Below, piece after piece: positions 49,069 to 63,101 of a DNA stretch of 64,000 nucleotides. The translations under genes were made by a program, and so were the position numbers. This DNA is from Anaeromyxobacter sp. Lineage in GTDB: Bacteria; Myxococcota; Myxococcia; Myxococcales; Anaeromyxobacteraceae. The stretch spans positions 576,001 to 640,000 of the forward strand of contig JASGJN010000020.1 of the NCBI GenBank assembly GCA_049840735.1, given 5' to 3'. The number at the start of each line of letters is the position of its first letter. Position 1 is the first letter of the stretch. The notes under the pieces were generated by a model. The model had not been told where the DNA came from. It ran no database searches and saw only the letters and a program-made list of their open reading frames with translations.

Positions 49069-50645
49069 CGGTCCCGACCGCCGCCGCGTCCGTGGGGCGG
49101 GCCGCGGTGGCCGCCGTGGCCTCCCCCGTGACCTCCGCGGCCCGGGCCGCCGTGGCCACCCTGCCCCGGGCCGCGCTGCGGCTGCTGCACGGGGCCGCGC
49201 TGCGCGTGGCCTGCGGACGGCTGCGGCTGCGAAGGGCCGCCCGGCAGCGGCGGCCGGACCACCCGGATCACCTCCGGCCCGGACGACGGCCTGCGATCCG
49301 GGCCGCCGCGCCGATCCGGGCGGCGGTCGTCGCGGCGCGGGCCGCGCTGGTCGTTGCGCTGCTCCGGACCGCGGCGGTCGCCGCCCGTCCGCGGTTCGAC
49401 AGGCTCACCGCGACCGGAGGGCATCGGCCCACGGCGCTCGTGGCGCCGTTCGTCCTTCGACTCCGCGGCCCGGCCTCCGGGGCCACCGGGACCACCCGGG
49501 CCGCTACGCTCAGGACGAACGGAGGGGACGTGCTCGTGCCGCCGCTGCGGGGCGGTCGGCTGCCCGCCTTGCTCCCGAGGGCCGCCGGGCTGGCCGCCAC
49601 CGCCGTGGCCGGAGCCTCCCGGCCCGCCCTCCGATGCGCGCTCCGGCCGCGAACCGCGCTGCTCCCCGGGCCCGCGCTCGAGCCGCTGCTCCGGCCGGCC
49701 ACTGCGCTGCTGCTCCCCGGGCCCGCGCTCGGACCGCTGCTCCGGCCGGCCACTGCGCTGCTGCTCCCCGGGCCCGCGCTCGAACCGCCGCTCCGGCCGG
49801 CCACCGCGCTGCTGGTCCCCTGGCCCGCGCCGCTCACCGCGCTGGCCCTGCCCGCCCGGCTGGCCGTGCGGGCGTCCCTCGCCTCCGCGATGGTGCACCG
49901 GCTCGGGCCGACCGCTGGGGACGAAGCCGGGCGAGAGCTCGCGCCGGACGTAGGCGCGCCAGATCTCGCGCGCGTCGCCCGAGGCGGCGTCGAGCCCCGG
50001 GTCGATGCCGGCGAAGAAGCGGCGGATGTTCTCCAGGTCGCGGGTGAAGTACTTCTCCGCCTGGCTGTTGTGGGCCGCCCCCACCACCTGCGGAAAGTCG
50101 ATGATCACCGGCCCCGCGTGGCCGACCAGCACGTTGTAGGGCGAGAGGTCGCCGTGGATCAGGTCGCGGCAGAGCATGGCCACCACCTGCGCCCGCAGGT
50201 CCGCGTAGAGCGCGGCCGCCTGCTCCGGCCCCACGCCCGCGTCCACCAGGCGCGGCGCCGGGTGTCCGTCGGCGTCCACCACCACCTCCATCAGCAGCAC
50301 GCCCTCGTAGAACATCACCGGGCGCGGCACCCGCACGCCGGCGGCGTGGAGCTGGTGGAGGGCGTCGGACTCCTTGGTCTTCCAGGCGTCCTCGGCCGCG
50401 GCCTGGCCGAAGCGGCTGCCGCGGTCCATGGCGCGCTGCATGCGCGAGTCCCGCACCTGCCGGCCCTCGCGGTAGCCGGCGTTGTTCTTGAAGTTGCGGG
50501 CCTCGCGGGCCTTGTAGACCTTGGCGGCGACGATCTCGCCGGCGTGGCGGACCAGCCACAGGTCCGCCTCCTTGCCGCTCTTCAGGCGTGCGACGACCTC
50601 CTCGACGACGCCGTCGTCGAGGAGGGGAGCCAGGGGGTCGTTCAT
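49065..50645 (-). CDS. RIO1-family Ser/Thr kinase with a ~250-aa G/R/P/E-rich low-complexity tail
   Basis: LKSGKEA, AKVYK, VPRP, IHGDLSPYNVL, IIDFPQ, RDLEN; the frame stays open through the tail to TAG at 49065. Confidence 0.88.
   Translation of the reverse strand: MNDPLAPLLDDGVVEEVVARLKSGKEADLWLVRHAGEIVAAKVYKAREARNFKNNAGYREGRQVRDSRMQRAMDRGSRFGQAAAEDAWKTKESDALHQLHAAGVRVPRPVMFYEGVLLMEVVVDADGHPAPRLVDAGVGPEQAAALYADLRAQVVAMLCRDLIHGDLSPYNVLVGHAGPVIIDFPQVVGAAHNSQAEKYFTRDLENIRRFFAGIDPGLDAASGDAREIWRAYVRRELSPGFVPSGRPEPVHHRGGEGRPHGQPGGQGQRGERRGPGDQQRGGRPERRFERGPGEQQRSGRPEQRSERGPGEQQRSGRPEQRLERGPGEQRGSRPERASEGGPGGSGHGGGGQPGGPREQGGQPTAPQRRHEHVPSVRPERSGPGGPGGPGGRAAESKDERRHERRGPMPSGRGEPVEPRTGGDRRGPEQRNDQRGPRRDDRRPDRRGGPDRRPSSGPEVIRVVRPPLPGGPSQPQPSAGHAQRGPVQQPQRGPGQGGHGGPGRGGHGGGHGGHRGPPHGRGGGRDR
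49391..49522 (-). repeat. Two REP-like elements (49391-49411, 49446-49522) inside the RIO kinase coding tail
   Basis: gcggttcgacaggctcaccgc and ccgttcgtccttcgactccgcggcccgg..cccgggccgctacgctcaggacgaacgg; same cores as the intergenic copies. Confidence 0.8.
49638..49830 (-). repeat. 51-bp coding tandem repeat (~3.5-4 units; ERGPGEQQRSGRPEQRx)
   Basis: gctgctccccgggcccgcgctcg recurs at 49658, 49709 and 49760, with a degenerate unit at 49811. Confidence 0.85.
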
Positions 50646-50663
50646 GCTCGACACGCCCTGCGA

Positions 50664-51491
50664 CTAGCTGCGGGGCGCGCCGCCCGGAGGGCCGCCCGCG
50701 CCGCCGGGGCCACGGCCGCCGCCCGGACGGCCACCGCCCGGGCGACCACCCGGACGCCCGCCGCCGGGACCACGCCCGCCGCCCGGCCGCCCGCGCCCCT
50801 CCTTGCGACGGTCCTCGCGGACCGCGTCCATGGAGAACCCGCCGGTCTGGGCGCCGCCCTTCTCGCCGCCGCCGGCGCCACGCCCACCGCCGCCGCCCGG
50901 ACGCCCACCACCGCCCCGGCCGCCGCGGCCACCCTTCCCGCCGCGCCCACGGTCGTCGCGGTCGCCACCGGCGACCTGCTTCATCGAGTGCGGCAGGTAG
51001 TCGATCACGAACTGGTGCTCGCCGACCTTCTGCGCGCCGTTGAGCGGCTCCTCGACCCCGAACACGCGCACCAGGCGGACGTCTGCGGTCTTGCGGCCCA
51101 CCAGGCCGACCGCGGCCCGGAGCAGCTGGAGCCGGTCGCCGGAGAGCCCGGTGGCCTTGGCCACGGCCTCGTCCAGCGCGGCCTTGACCGCCTCGCTCTC
51201 GCCGGCCGGCTCGGCCTTGGCGGGAGCGGCGGCCTCGGCCGCCTCGGCGGGAGCGGCCTCTGCAGGAGCGGCCTCGCTCCCCTCCGCGGCGGCAGCGGCG
51301 TCGGTCCCCTCGGCGGCGGGAGCCGCCTCGACCGGCGCGGCCTCCGCGGCGGCGGCCTCGCCCTCGGGAGCGGCGGGCGCGGCGGCCTCGGCCGGCGCGG
51401 GCGCGTCCTTCGGGAGGGACTTCTTGGCCTCGGCGACGGCGGCGGCCGCCATCCGGATCAGGGTACCGCTCAGCTCGGTCAGAGTTTTCAT
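50664..51491 (-). CDS. Hypothetical protein with an acidic Ala/Pro/Glu linker, small folded core and RGG-rich C-terminus
   Basis: MKTLTELSGTLIRMA; APAEAAA repeats; core SGDRLQLLRAAV..VRLVRVF..FVIDY; tail RGRGGKGGRGGRGG..GGRPGGRPGG. Confidence 0.8.
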   Translation of the reverse strand: MKTLTELSGTLIRMAAAAVAEAKKSLPKDAPAPAEAAAPAAPEGEAAAAEAAPVEAAPAAEGTDAAAAAEGSEAAPAEAAPAEAAEAAAPAKAEPAGESEAVKAALDEAVAKATGLSGDRLQLLRAAVGLVGRKTADVRLVRVFGVEEPLNGAQKVGEHQFVIDYLPHSMKQVAGGDRDDRGRGGKGGRGGRGGGGRPGGGGGRGAGGGEKGGAQTGGFSMDAVREDRRKEGRGRPGGGRGPGGGRPGGRPGGGRPGGGRGPGGAGGPPGGAPRS

Positions 51492-51628
51492 GGCGCGGTA
51501 GCCATACAACGGCCGGGGCAGCCCGGGGAAGAGCGTCGCAGCCCCACTCGAACCGGCGCGGCCGAGGCGGCGGGCGGCCCCACGGACCCGGGGCGGCTGG
51601 GCCGGGGCGGCGCGGCAGGATGTCCAGG

Positions 51629-51646
51629 CATCCGTTCTGACGGATG
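51629..51646. promoter_or_regulatory. Palindromic candidate operator upstream of the trans-sulfuration gene
   Basis: CATCCGT-tctg-ACGGATG about 70 bp upstream of the ATG at 51718. Confidence 0.4.
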
Positions 51647-51717
51647 GGTTGTATTCCGGCGCCGGGGCGGCTACGAAAGACGACCCGCGCCACGCGCGCC
51701 AGCCCCGGGAGCCCCCG

Positions 51718-53001
51718 ATGTCAGCCGAAGACGTCCACCTCGACTCCAACATCCCGGGAAACCCGGCCTACCACTTCACCATCGTCCCGGCCGGCGCTCC
51801 CGCCAAGGCCGGCTGGGCCCAGCGCGGGCCGCTCATCGCCGGCGCCAAGGCGGCGACGCAGTGCGTCCACGCGGGCGTGGCCCCCGACCCGTCCTACGGG
51901 GCGGTGATGCCGCCCATCTACCAGTCCTCCACCTTCGCCTTCCGCGACGTCTGTACCAACGCGGGCTACGACTACACGCGCAGCGGCAATCCCACCCGCG
52001 CCGCGCTGGAGGAGGCCATCGGCACGCTGGAGGGCGGCGGCGGCGCCACGTGCACCTCCACCGGCATGAGCGCGGTGATCGTGGCGCTCAACCTGCTCCC
52101 GCAGGGCAGCCACCTCTTGGCCACCGTGGACTGCTACGGCGGCACCTTCCGCGCCCTCGAGCACGCCAAGGTCACCTACGGCCTGGAGGTCACCTACCTC
52201 GACCTGGGCGACCTGGCCGCGGTGCAGGCCGCCTTCCGCCCCAACACGCGCATGGTCTGGATCGAGACCCCCTCCAACCCGCTGCTGCGGCTGACCGACA
52301 TCGCCGCGGTCTCGGCCCTGGCCCGCGAGCGCGGCGCCATGACGGTGGTGGACAACACCTTCCTCTCGCCAGTGCTCCAGAAGCCGTTCCAGCACGGCGC
52401 CGACCTGGTCATCCACTCCACCACCAAGTACCTGAACGGCCACTCCGACGTGGTGGGCGGCGCGGTGGTGGCGGCCCCGGGGCGGACCGCGCTGGTGCAG
52501 CGGATCCAGAGCGTCAACAACCTGCTCGGCACCTCCCAGAGCCCCCACGACTGCTTCTTGGTGCTGCGCGGGCTCAAGACGCTGCTCATCCGCATGAAGG
52601 CGCACGAGGCCGGCGCGAAGCGGGTGGTGGACTGGCTGGTCAGGCACCCGGCCATCGGCAAGGTCCACTACCCCGGCCTGGAGACCCACCCGCAGCACGC
52701 GCTGGCCCGGCGGCAGCAGGCCGGGTTCGGCGCCATGGTGAGCTTCGAGCTGGCCGACGGGCGGCGCGAGCGCGTGGATCACGTGCTCAAGACGCTGCGC
52801 TGGTTCACGCTGGCGGAGAGCCTGGGCGGCGTGGAGAGCCTGGTGGCCCACCCGGCCTCCATGACCCACGCCTCGATGACGCCGGCGGCGCGCGCCAAGG
52901 CCGGCATCACCGACAGCGTGATCCGGCTCTCGATCGGGATCGAGGACCCGGAGGACCTGATCGCCGACCTGGATCAGGCCCTGGCGTCGCTGCCGCGGTA
53001 G
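51718..53001 (+). CDS. PLP-dependent trans-sulfuration enzyme (cystathionine gamma-synthase/lyase family)
   Basis: PPIYQSSTF, YTRSGNPTR, SxGMSA, IETPSNP, VDNTF, HSTTKYLNGHSD (PLP Lys), AESLGGVESL, IRLSIGIE. Confidence 0.92.
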   Translation: MSAEDVHLDSNIPGNPAYHFTIVPAGAPAKAGWAQRGPLIAGAKAATQCVHAGVAPDPSYGAVMPPIYQSSTFAFRDVCTNAGYDYTRSGNPTRAALEEAIGTLEGGGGATCTSTGMSAVIVALNLLPQGSHLLATVDCYGGTFRALEHAKVTYGLEVTYLDLGDLAAVQAAFRPNTRMVWIETPSNPLLRLTDIAAVSALARERGAMTVVDNTFLSPVLQKPFQHGADLVIHSTTKYLNGHSDVVGGAVVAAPGRTALVQRIQSVNNLLGTSQSPHDCFLVLRGLKTLLIRMKAHEAGAKRVVDWLVRHPAIGKVHYPGLETHPQHALARRQQAGFGAMVSFELADGRRERVDHVLKTLRWFTLAESLGGVESLVAHPASMTHASMTPAARAKAGITDSVIRLSIGIEDPEDLIADLDQALASLPR

Positions 53002-53429
53002 CCGCGCCGCGGCGCCGGCCCCTCGCGCAGCAGGTGCTTCACCGCGTCGCGCAGGCCGGCGTCGGCCAGCGGGTGCTGCCGCGCGTCGCGCATCAGCGCC
53101 AGCAGGTGCTGGCGGACCTCGGGCTCGCAGGCGCTGGCGATGTGCCGGTCGAGCATGAGCGCGGTGTGCGCGGTGGGGCGGCGGGCGAAGGAGGCGGTGA
53201 GCTGCTCGCCGTAACCCCGGTCCCCGAGCCGCTCCAGGAAGTGGACCAGCGCGCCCGGGCGGCCGTAGTCGATCTCCGGGTGCTCCTCCATGAACCGGAG
53301 CACCGGCGCGATGGCCTCCGGCCCGACTCCAGCGCCGATCCAGTCCTCCACCAGCTGGCCCGAGCGGTAGGGGAACTCGGCCGAGTCCGCGATCCGGTAG
53401 AGCTGAACGAGGATGGTGTCTGGCGTCAT
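52974..53429 (-). CDS. Hypothetical helical protein (~151 aa)
   Basis: MTPDTILVQL..FMEEHPEIDYGRPGALVHFLE..RRPTAHT; 3' end overlaps the convergent gene by 28 bp. Confidence 0.65.
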   Translation of the reverse strand: MTPDTILVQLYRIADSAEFPYRSGQLVEDWIGAGVGPEAIAPVLRFMEEHPEIDYGRPGALVHFLERLGDRGYGEQLTASFARRPTAHTALMLDRHIASACEPEVRQHLLALMRDARQHPLADAGLRDAVKHLLREGPAPRRGYRGSDARA

Positions 53430-53566
53430 GGGGACATCCGGGTGGAGGTGGAGCTGAGCCCACATGCTACGCCGGAACACTGACAGCGGCGGTGACGAGA
53501 AAGATCACGCACCTGCAGTCCGCGTCGGGTTGGCCCAACCCCTGGAACTGGCTCGCCTTGTGGCCT

Positions 53567-54583
53567 CTAGTGGCCCTGTGCCGCACCCGGCGCGGGCGCC
53601 GCGGACAGGTCACGCACCATCACCAAACGGGACGGCCGGGGCGAGAACCCGAGCTGCAGGTTGATGGCGAGCATGGGGTTCCGCTCGGCGTTGCCGGTCC
53701 GCACCAGCGGCGCCTGCCCGCTGGCGGTCCGCAGCGCCCGGGCGCGCTCCAGCACCCGGACCTTGAGCGCGGTGGCGATGCCCCGCCGCCGGTGGCTGCG
53801 GGCCACCCCGGTGAAGCCGGTGAAGAGGATGGCGTCGGTGGCCTGGCTGGCCCAGAGCTGGGTCATGCCCACCACGCGCTCGCCGTCCAGCGCCAGCAGG
53901 TGCAGCTCCGGGCGGAAGTCCGGGTTGGCGTGATAGGCGCGGCGCCACCGCTCGAACGGCGCGGCCACGTAGCCGTCCGCGCCAGGGGCGTCGGGCATGG
54001 CCTCGCCCTCCAGCGCGTGGAGCGCCCGCAGCAGCCGCTCGTCCTCGGCGCCCCCCTCCCCCAGGTCCCGCAGCCGCAGCCCGCCCGCCTCCGCCGTCTC
54101 CACCGCCCCCGCGAACCGGGCCGGGTCGAACCGCTCCAGCTCCAGCTCGGAGAGCTGCATCCGCAGCCGCTCGTGGAAGCCGCGCTGGAGCAGGAAGCGC
54201 ACGGCCTCCGGCCGGTCCTCGCTGGTCTCGACCTCCACCTGCGAGGCGCCGGCCGGCAGCGCCGCCAGGGCCCGCCGCCACAGCTCCGCGCCCAGCCCCC
54301 GGCGCCGGTGCTGCGGGTCCACCGAGAGCGACAGCTGGAACTGGGTCGGATCGTCGAGCCGGAGGTGAGGCCGCCACTCCGCCATGGCCACCACCTGGCC
54401 CACCGTCGGCGCGCGGGCCAGCAGCCGGCGGGAGGCGTGGTCCGGCCCGGTCTCCTCGTCGAAGCGGGCCATGAAGGCGGCGCTGGCGGGCCACTCCGGC
54501 CAGACCTTGTCGAGCAGCTCGGCCGCGGCTTGATACGCCGCCGCGCGGGGCTCGAAGGATTCGATGCGGTACGCGCTCGGCAT
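53567..54583 (-). CDS. Tandem-domain GNAT acetyltransferase
   Basis: Two acetyl-CoA motifs, VDPQHRRRGLG and TGVARSHRRRGIATALK; NPMLAINLQLGF. Confidence 0.88.
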   Translation of the reverse strand: MPSAYRIESFEPRAAAYQAAAELLDKVWPEWPASAAFMARFDEETGPDHASRRLLARAPTVGQVVAMAEWRPHLRLDDPTQFQLSLSVDPQHRRRGLGAELWRRALAALPAGASQVEVETSEDRPEAVRFLLQRGFHERLRMQLSELELERFDPARFAGAVETAEAGGLRLRDLGEGGAEDERLLRALHALEGEAMPDAPGADGYVAAPFERWRRAYHANPDFRPELHLLALDGERVVGMTQLWASQATDAILFTGFTGVARSHRRRGIATALKVRVLERARALRTASGQAPLVRTGNAERNPMLAINLQLGFSPRPSRLVMVRDLSAAPAPGAAQGH

Positions 54584-54706
54584 GGGGCGCGTAGCCTCTC
54601 AGTGACATCACGATTGGTCAAGCGGAAGGCGACCGGCGGCGGCGGGCTGCGCGCCGCTGACGCGCGCGCAGGGTGCGGGGCCGCCGGCACCCGCCCGCCC
54701 GGTCGC

Positions 54707-58035
<3,329 letters not shown>

Positions 58036-58039
<4 letters not shown>

Positions 58040-59040
58040 GGCTGCACCTCCACGGGCTGCCCGTCGCGGAGCGCGCCGGGCGCGTCGATGACCGTCTCGC
58101 CGGGCCGGACGCCGGCGCGGATCGGCACCCAGTCACCGGCCGGCTCCCCGGGCGAGATCCAGCGCAGCTCGGCCTTCCCGCCCGCCGCCACGAAGACGCC
58201 GGTCAGGTCGCCGCGCTGCACCAGCGCGCGCTGGGGCACCCAGACGCCCGCGGCGCCGGCGGCGGCCGGCAGCTCCAGCCGGGCGAAGGCGCCGGAGCGG
58301 AGCTCGCCCACCGGCTCCTTCACGCTGGCGCGCAGGCCGCGCCGGTAGGAGAGCGGGTCGCCGCCGGGGGTGAGCGAGGTCACCACCGCCTGGCCGGTCA
58401 GGCCGCCGGCGTGGAAGGTGAGCGCCTGGCCGACGGCCACGCCGCGGGCCTCGTCGGCGGAGAGGCTGGCGGTCAGCTCCAGCCCCTTCCCCTCCAGCAG
58501 CAGGAGCGGCTGCCCGGGGCCGACCAGGTCCCCCGGCTCGACGCGCCGGGACTGGACGACGCCGGCGAAGGGCGCGCGCAGCCCGGTGTAGGCCAGGTTG
58601 GCCTGGGCGCCGGCCACGGCCGCCTGCGCCTGGGCCCGCTGCGACTGCGCCAGCTCCAGCTCGGCCGGGGTGGCGGCCCGCACGGCCACCAGCGCCTGGA
58701 TGCGCCGCTCGTGCGCCTGGGCGGCAGCCAGCCCGGTCTGCGCGGCGGCCAGCCCGCCGCGCACGTCGTCGTCGGAGAGCGAGACGAGCAGGTCGCCGGC
58801 GCGCACCGCCTGCCCCTCGCGCACGTGGACGGCGCGGACGGAGGCGGCCAGGCGCGTCGAGACGGTGGCGCGCTCGGCGGCGATCACCGAGGCGGGGACC
58901 AGGGCGGCGCCGCCGGGGGCGCCGGCGGGGACGGCCCGGACGCGGGCGGGGGCGCCGGCGGCAGCGGACGGCTCGCCGGCGCGGGCCGGCGGGGCCGCGA
59001 GGAGCGCGGCGGCGAGGGTGAGCAGGAGGGAGCGGGTCAT
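58036..59040 (-). CDS. RND efflux membrane-fusion (periplasmic adaptor) protein
   Basis: Signal peptide, VHVREGQAVRAGDLL, helical hairpin, LRAPFAGVV, VPQRALV. Confidence 0.9.
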
Positions 59041-60376
59041 GGCAGCTGTCCTTCGATGGGCTGGTGGAGGGCGAGCGCGAGGTGGGCGCGGGCCACGCGC
59101 GCCTCGAGGCGGCTCGCCAGGAGCAGGGCGCGGGCGCCGGCCAGGCCGGCGTCCGCGTCCAGGACGTCGGTGAGCGGGAGGAGCCCCTGGCGGTGCCGGG
59201 CGTCCCGCAGCGAGCGGGCGGACTCGGAGGCGGCGACCGCCTCGGTGGCGGCGCGGACCCGGGCGTCGGCGGTCTCGACCGCCTGCCTTGCCTCGGCCAC
59301 CTCCCGGTCGGCCTCGCGGACGCGCCAGGCCAGGTCGTCGGCGGCGGCGCGGGCCCGCGCGGCGGCCGCGCGGCGGGCGTCGGCCTCGCCGAGCGAGAGG
59401 TCCCAGCGGGCCAGGAGCCCCACGCTGGTCCAGGCGGTGCCCTCCGAGAGGTCGCCGCTGCGCATGGTCTCGGCGGACGCCTGGGCGAAGACGGCGGGGA
59501 GCAGGCTGCCGCGGGCGGCGGTGGCGGCCTGGTCGGCGGCCTCACGGCGCAGGCGGGCCGCCAGCAGGTCGGGGCGGTCGGCCGGGACGGCGGTCAGGAC
59601 GGCCTCGCCGGCGGACGGCAGCGCCTCGACCGGCGTCACCAGCGCCGCGTCGCGCGCGGCGTCGCCGGCCAGCAGGGCCAGCGCCGAGCGGGCGGAGGCG
59701 AGCCGCTGCAGCGCGGCGGCCCGCTCGGCCTCGGCCTGGGCACGGAAGGCCGCGGCGCGGGCCACGTCGGCGTCGAGCATGAGCCCCTGGGCGTTCCGCT
59801 CGCGGACGAAGCGCTCGGTCTCGCGGGCGTGGGCCAGCAGGTCGTCGGCGTGGCGCAGCCCCTGCTCCCCCACCTGCGCGGCGAAGTAGGCCTGCACCAC
59901 CGCGGCGGCCACCTGGGCCTGGCGGTCGGCGTGCTCGGCGGCGCCCGCCCCGGCGGCCGCGCCGGCCGCCTCCTGCCCGGCCCGCAGCCGCCCGCCATGT
60001 AGAGCGGGAGCGAGAGCGTGGCGCCGGCGCCCCAGCCGCCGATGGCGGCGGGGTCGTTGAGCTTGGCGGGATCGAAGTCGGCCGCGCCAATCCGCCCCTG
60101 ATCGAGCTTGAGCCCGAAGGCCATCATCGGCTCGTCGGTGCGCACGCCGCGCGCCGAGAGCGTGAGCGTGGGGAGGCGGCTGTCGCGGGCCCGGTCGGCG
60201 TCGGCCCGGGCCGCCTCCACCAGCGCGGCGGAGGCCTTGAGCCCGGGGTGCTGCTTCCAGGCGGACTGGATGGCCTCCTCGACCGTGAGCGGGCCGGGAG
60301 AGGCGGAGGCCGGGAGGAGCAGCGCTGCGCCCCAGGCCAGGAGGCGTCGAAGTGAGGTGCGGTGCGGTCGGGTCAC
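59037..60376 (-). CDS. TolC-family outer-membrane efflux protein; frameshift(s) near 59920-60000
   Basis: LTVEEAIQSAWKQHPGL..LPTLTL..LSLPLY in ORF 59636..60376; VVQAYF, RPDL, DVLDA in ORF 59037..59912. Confidence 0.85.
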
Positions 60377-60437
60377 GCCGGGGAGAGCCGGGCCTCGCGG
60401 GAAGGGTTCGCGAGGCCCGGCCGTCCCTGTGGGGCCC

Positions 60438-60683
60438 TCAGGCGGCGCGGCGCGTCCCGGGTCGCGCCGGGACGACCGCGCAGCTGGGCACGCCGGCGCG
60501 GCGCAGGATCAGCTCCAGCGGGCAGAGGCCGGTGAAGGCGCTCTGCAGCAGGTTCGCGCCCACGAAGGCGGTGAGCCAGAGCCAGTGCGCGCTCAGGAAG
60601 AGCGGGCTGGCCGGGACGCCCAGCGCCAGCGAGAGGAGGACGAAGCTTCCAGCGGCGATGCGGACGATGCGTTCGGTGTTCAA
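60438..60683 (-). CDS. DUF2892 (YgaP-like) small membrane protein
   Basis: ERIVRIAAG, WLTAFVGANLLQSAFTGLCPL. Confidence 0.85.
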   Translation of the reverse strand: MNTERIVRIAAGSFVLLSLALGVPASPLFLSAHWLWLTAFVGANLLQSAFTGLCPLELILRRAGVPSCAVVPARPGTRRAA

Positions 60684-60699
60684 CGGTGGCTCCCGGTCA

Positions 60700-62191
<1,492 letters not shown>

Positions 62192-62273
62192 GGTCCCGCC
62201 GAGTTAGCAGAAAAGCCCGAGCGGTTCCAGACCGCAGGATGCCGCCGGTGGCCCGGGACGCCCGGAAGGCCGC

Positions 62274-63101
62274 TCAGCGGCGCAGGGTGAGCGCGATCCC
62301 GGCCAGGATGGCGGCCCCCGCGACCGCCACGCGCGCCGGGAGCGGCTCGCCCAGGAAGGCGGTCGCCCCCACCCCGGCCAGCACCGGGACGGCCAGCTGC
62401 ACCGCCGCGGCCCGCGTCGGCACCAGGGCCGGCACCGCCGCCGTCCAGAGCGCGTACCCGCCGCCGGAGGCGAGCGCCCCGGAGGCCACCGCCAGGCCCA
62501 GCCCGGCCGCCGAGGCCGGCGCGGGCTCGCGCAGCAGGAACGGCAGGGCCAGCGCGACCGGGGCCGCCAGGGCGAAGCTCCCGGCGGTGGCCGCCAGCGG
62601 CGCGCTGGCGCCGCGCGCGGCCAGGGAGTAGGCGCCCCAGGCGGCCCCGGCCAGCACCATCAGCCCGGCGCCGGCCGCGTCCGGCGCCGAGGCCCCGGGC
62701 AGCGCCAGCGCGGCCAGCCCGGCCAGCGCCAGCCCCAGCCCCGCCAGCTGCAGCCGTCCGGGGCGCGCGCCGCGCAGCACCGCCCAGCCCACCATGGTGA
62801 GCTGCACCGCGCCGAAGAGCAGCAGCGCCCCGACCCCGGCGCCGATCCGGACGTAGGCCAGCGAGAAGGCGACCGCGTAGACCAGCAGCGCCAGGGCCGC
62901 GCCGGGCCGGCCGCCGCTCGGGCGGGCGCGGGCGGTGAGCGCCAGCACCGCGGCCAGCGCCAGCGCGCCGGAGGCCAGCCGCACCGCCGTGAACGCGCCG
63001 GGGGCGACGAGCCCGGGGCGCAGCGCGGCGCGGCAGAGGAGCGAGTTGGCCGCGAAGCAGGCCAGCGACGCGCCGGTGAGCAGCGCCACCCGGGCCTTCA
63101 C
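62274..63101 (-). CDS. EamA/DMT-family transporter
   Basis: FAANSLLCRAAL, FTAVRLASGA, FSLAY..GALLLFGAVQLTM, SGGGYALW, QLAVPV; ten hydrophobic segments. Confidence 0.9.
   Translation of the reverse strand: MKARVALLTGASLACFAANSLLCRAALRPGLVAPGAFTAVRLASGALALAAVLALTARARPSGGRPGAALALLVYAVAFSLAYVRIGAGVGALLLFGAVQLTMVGWAVLRGARPGRLQLAGLGLALAGLAALALPGASAPDAAGAGLMVLAGAAWGAYSLAARGASAPLAATAGSFALAAPVALALPFLLREPAPASAAGLGLAVASGALASGGGYALWTAAVPALVPTRAAAVQLAVPVLAGVGATAFLGEPLPARVAVAGAAILAGIALTLRR

Noticed and set aside
51618..51633. Tandem MetJ boxes (GGATGTCC AGGCATCC)
   Set aside because: Only 5 of 8 matches each, and MetJ is a gammaproteobacterial regulator; the overlapping palindrome is the better candidate.
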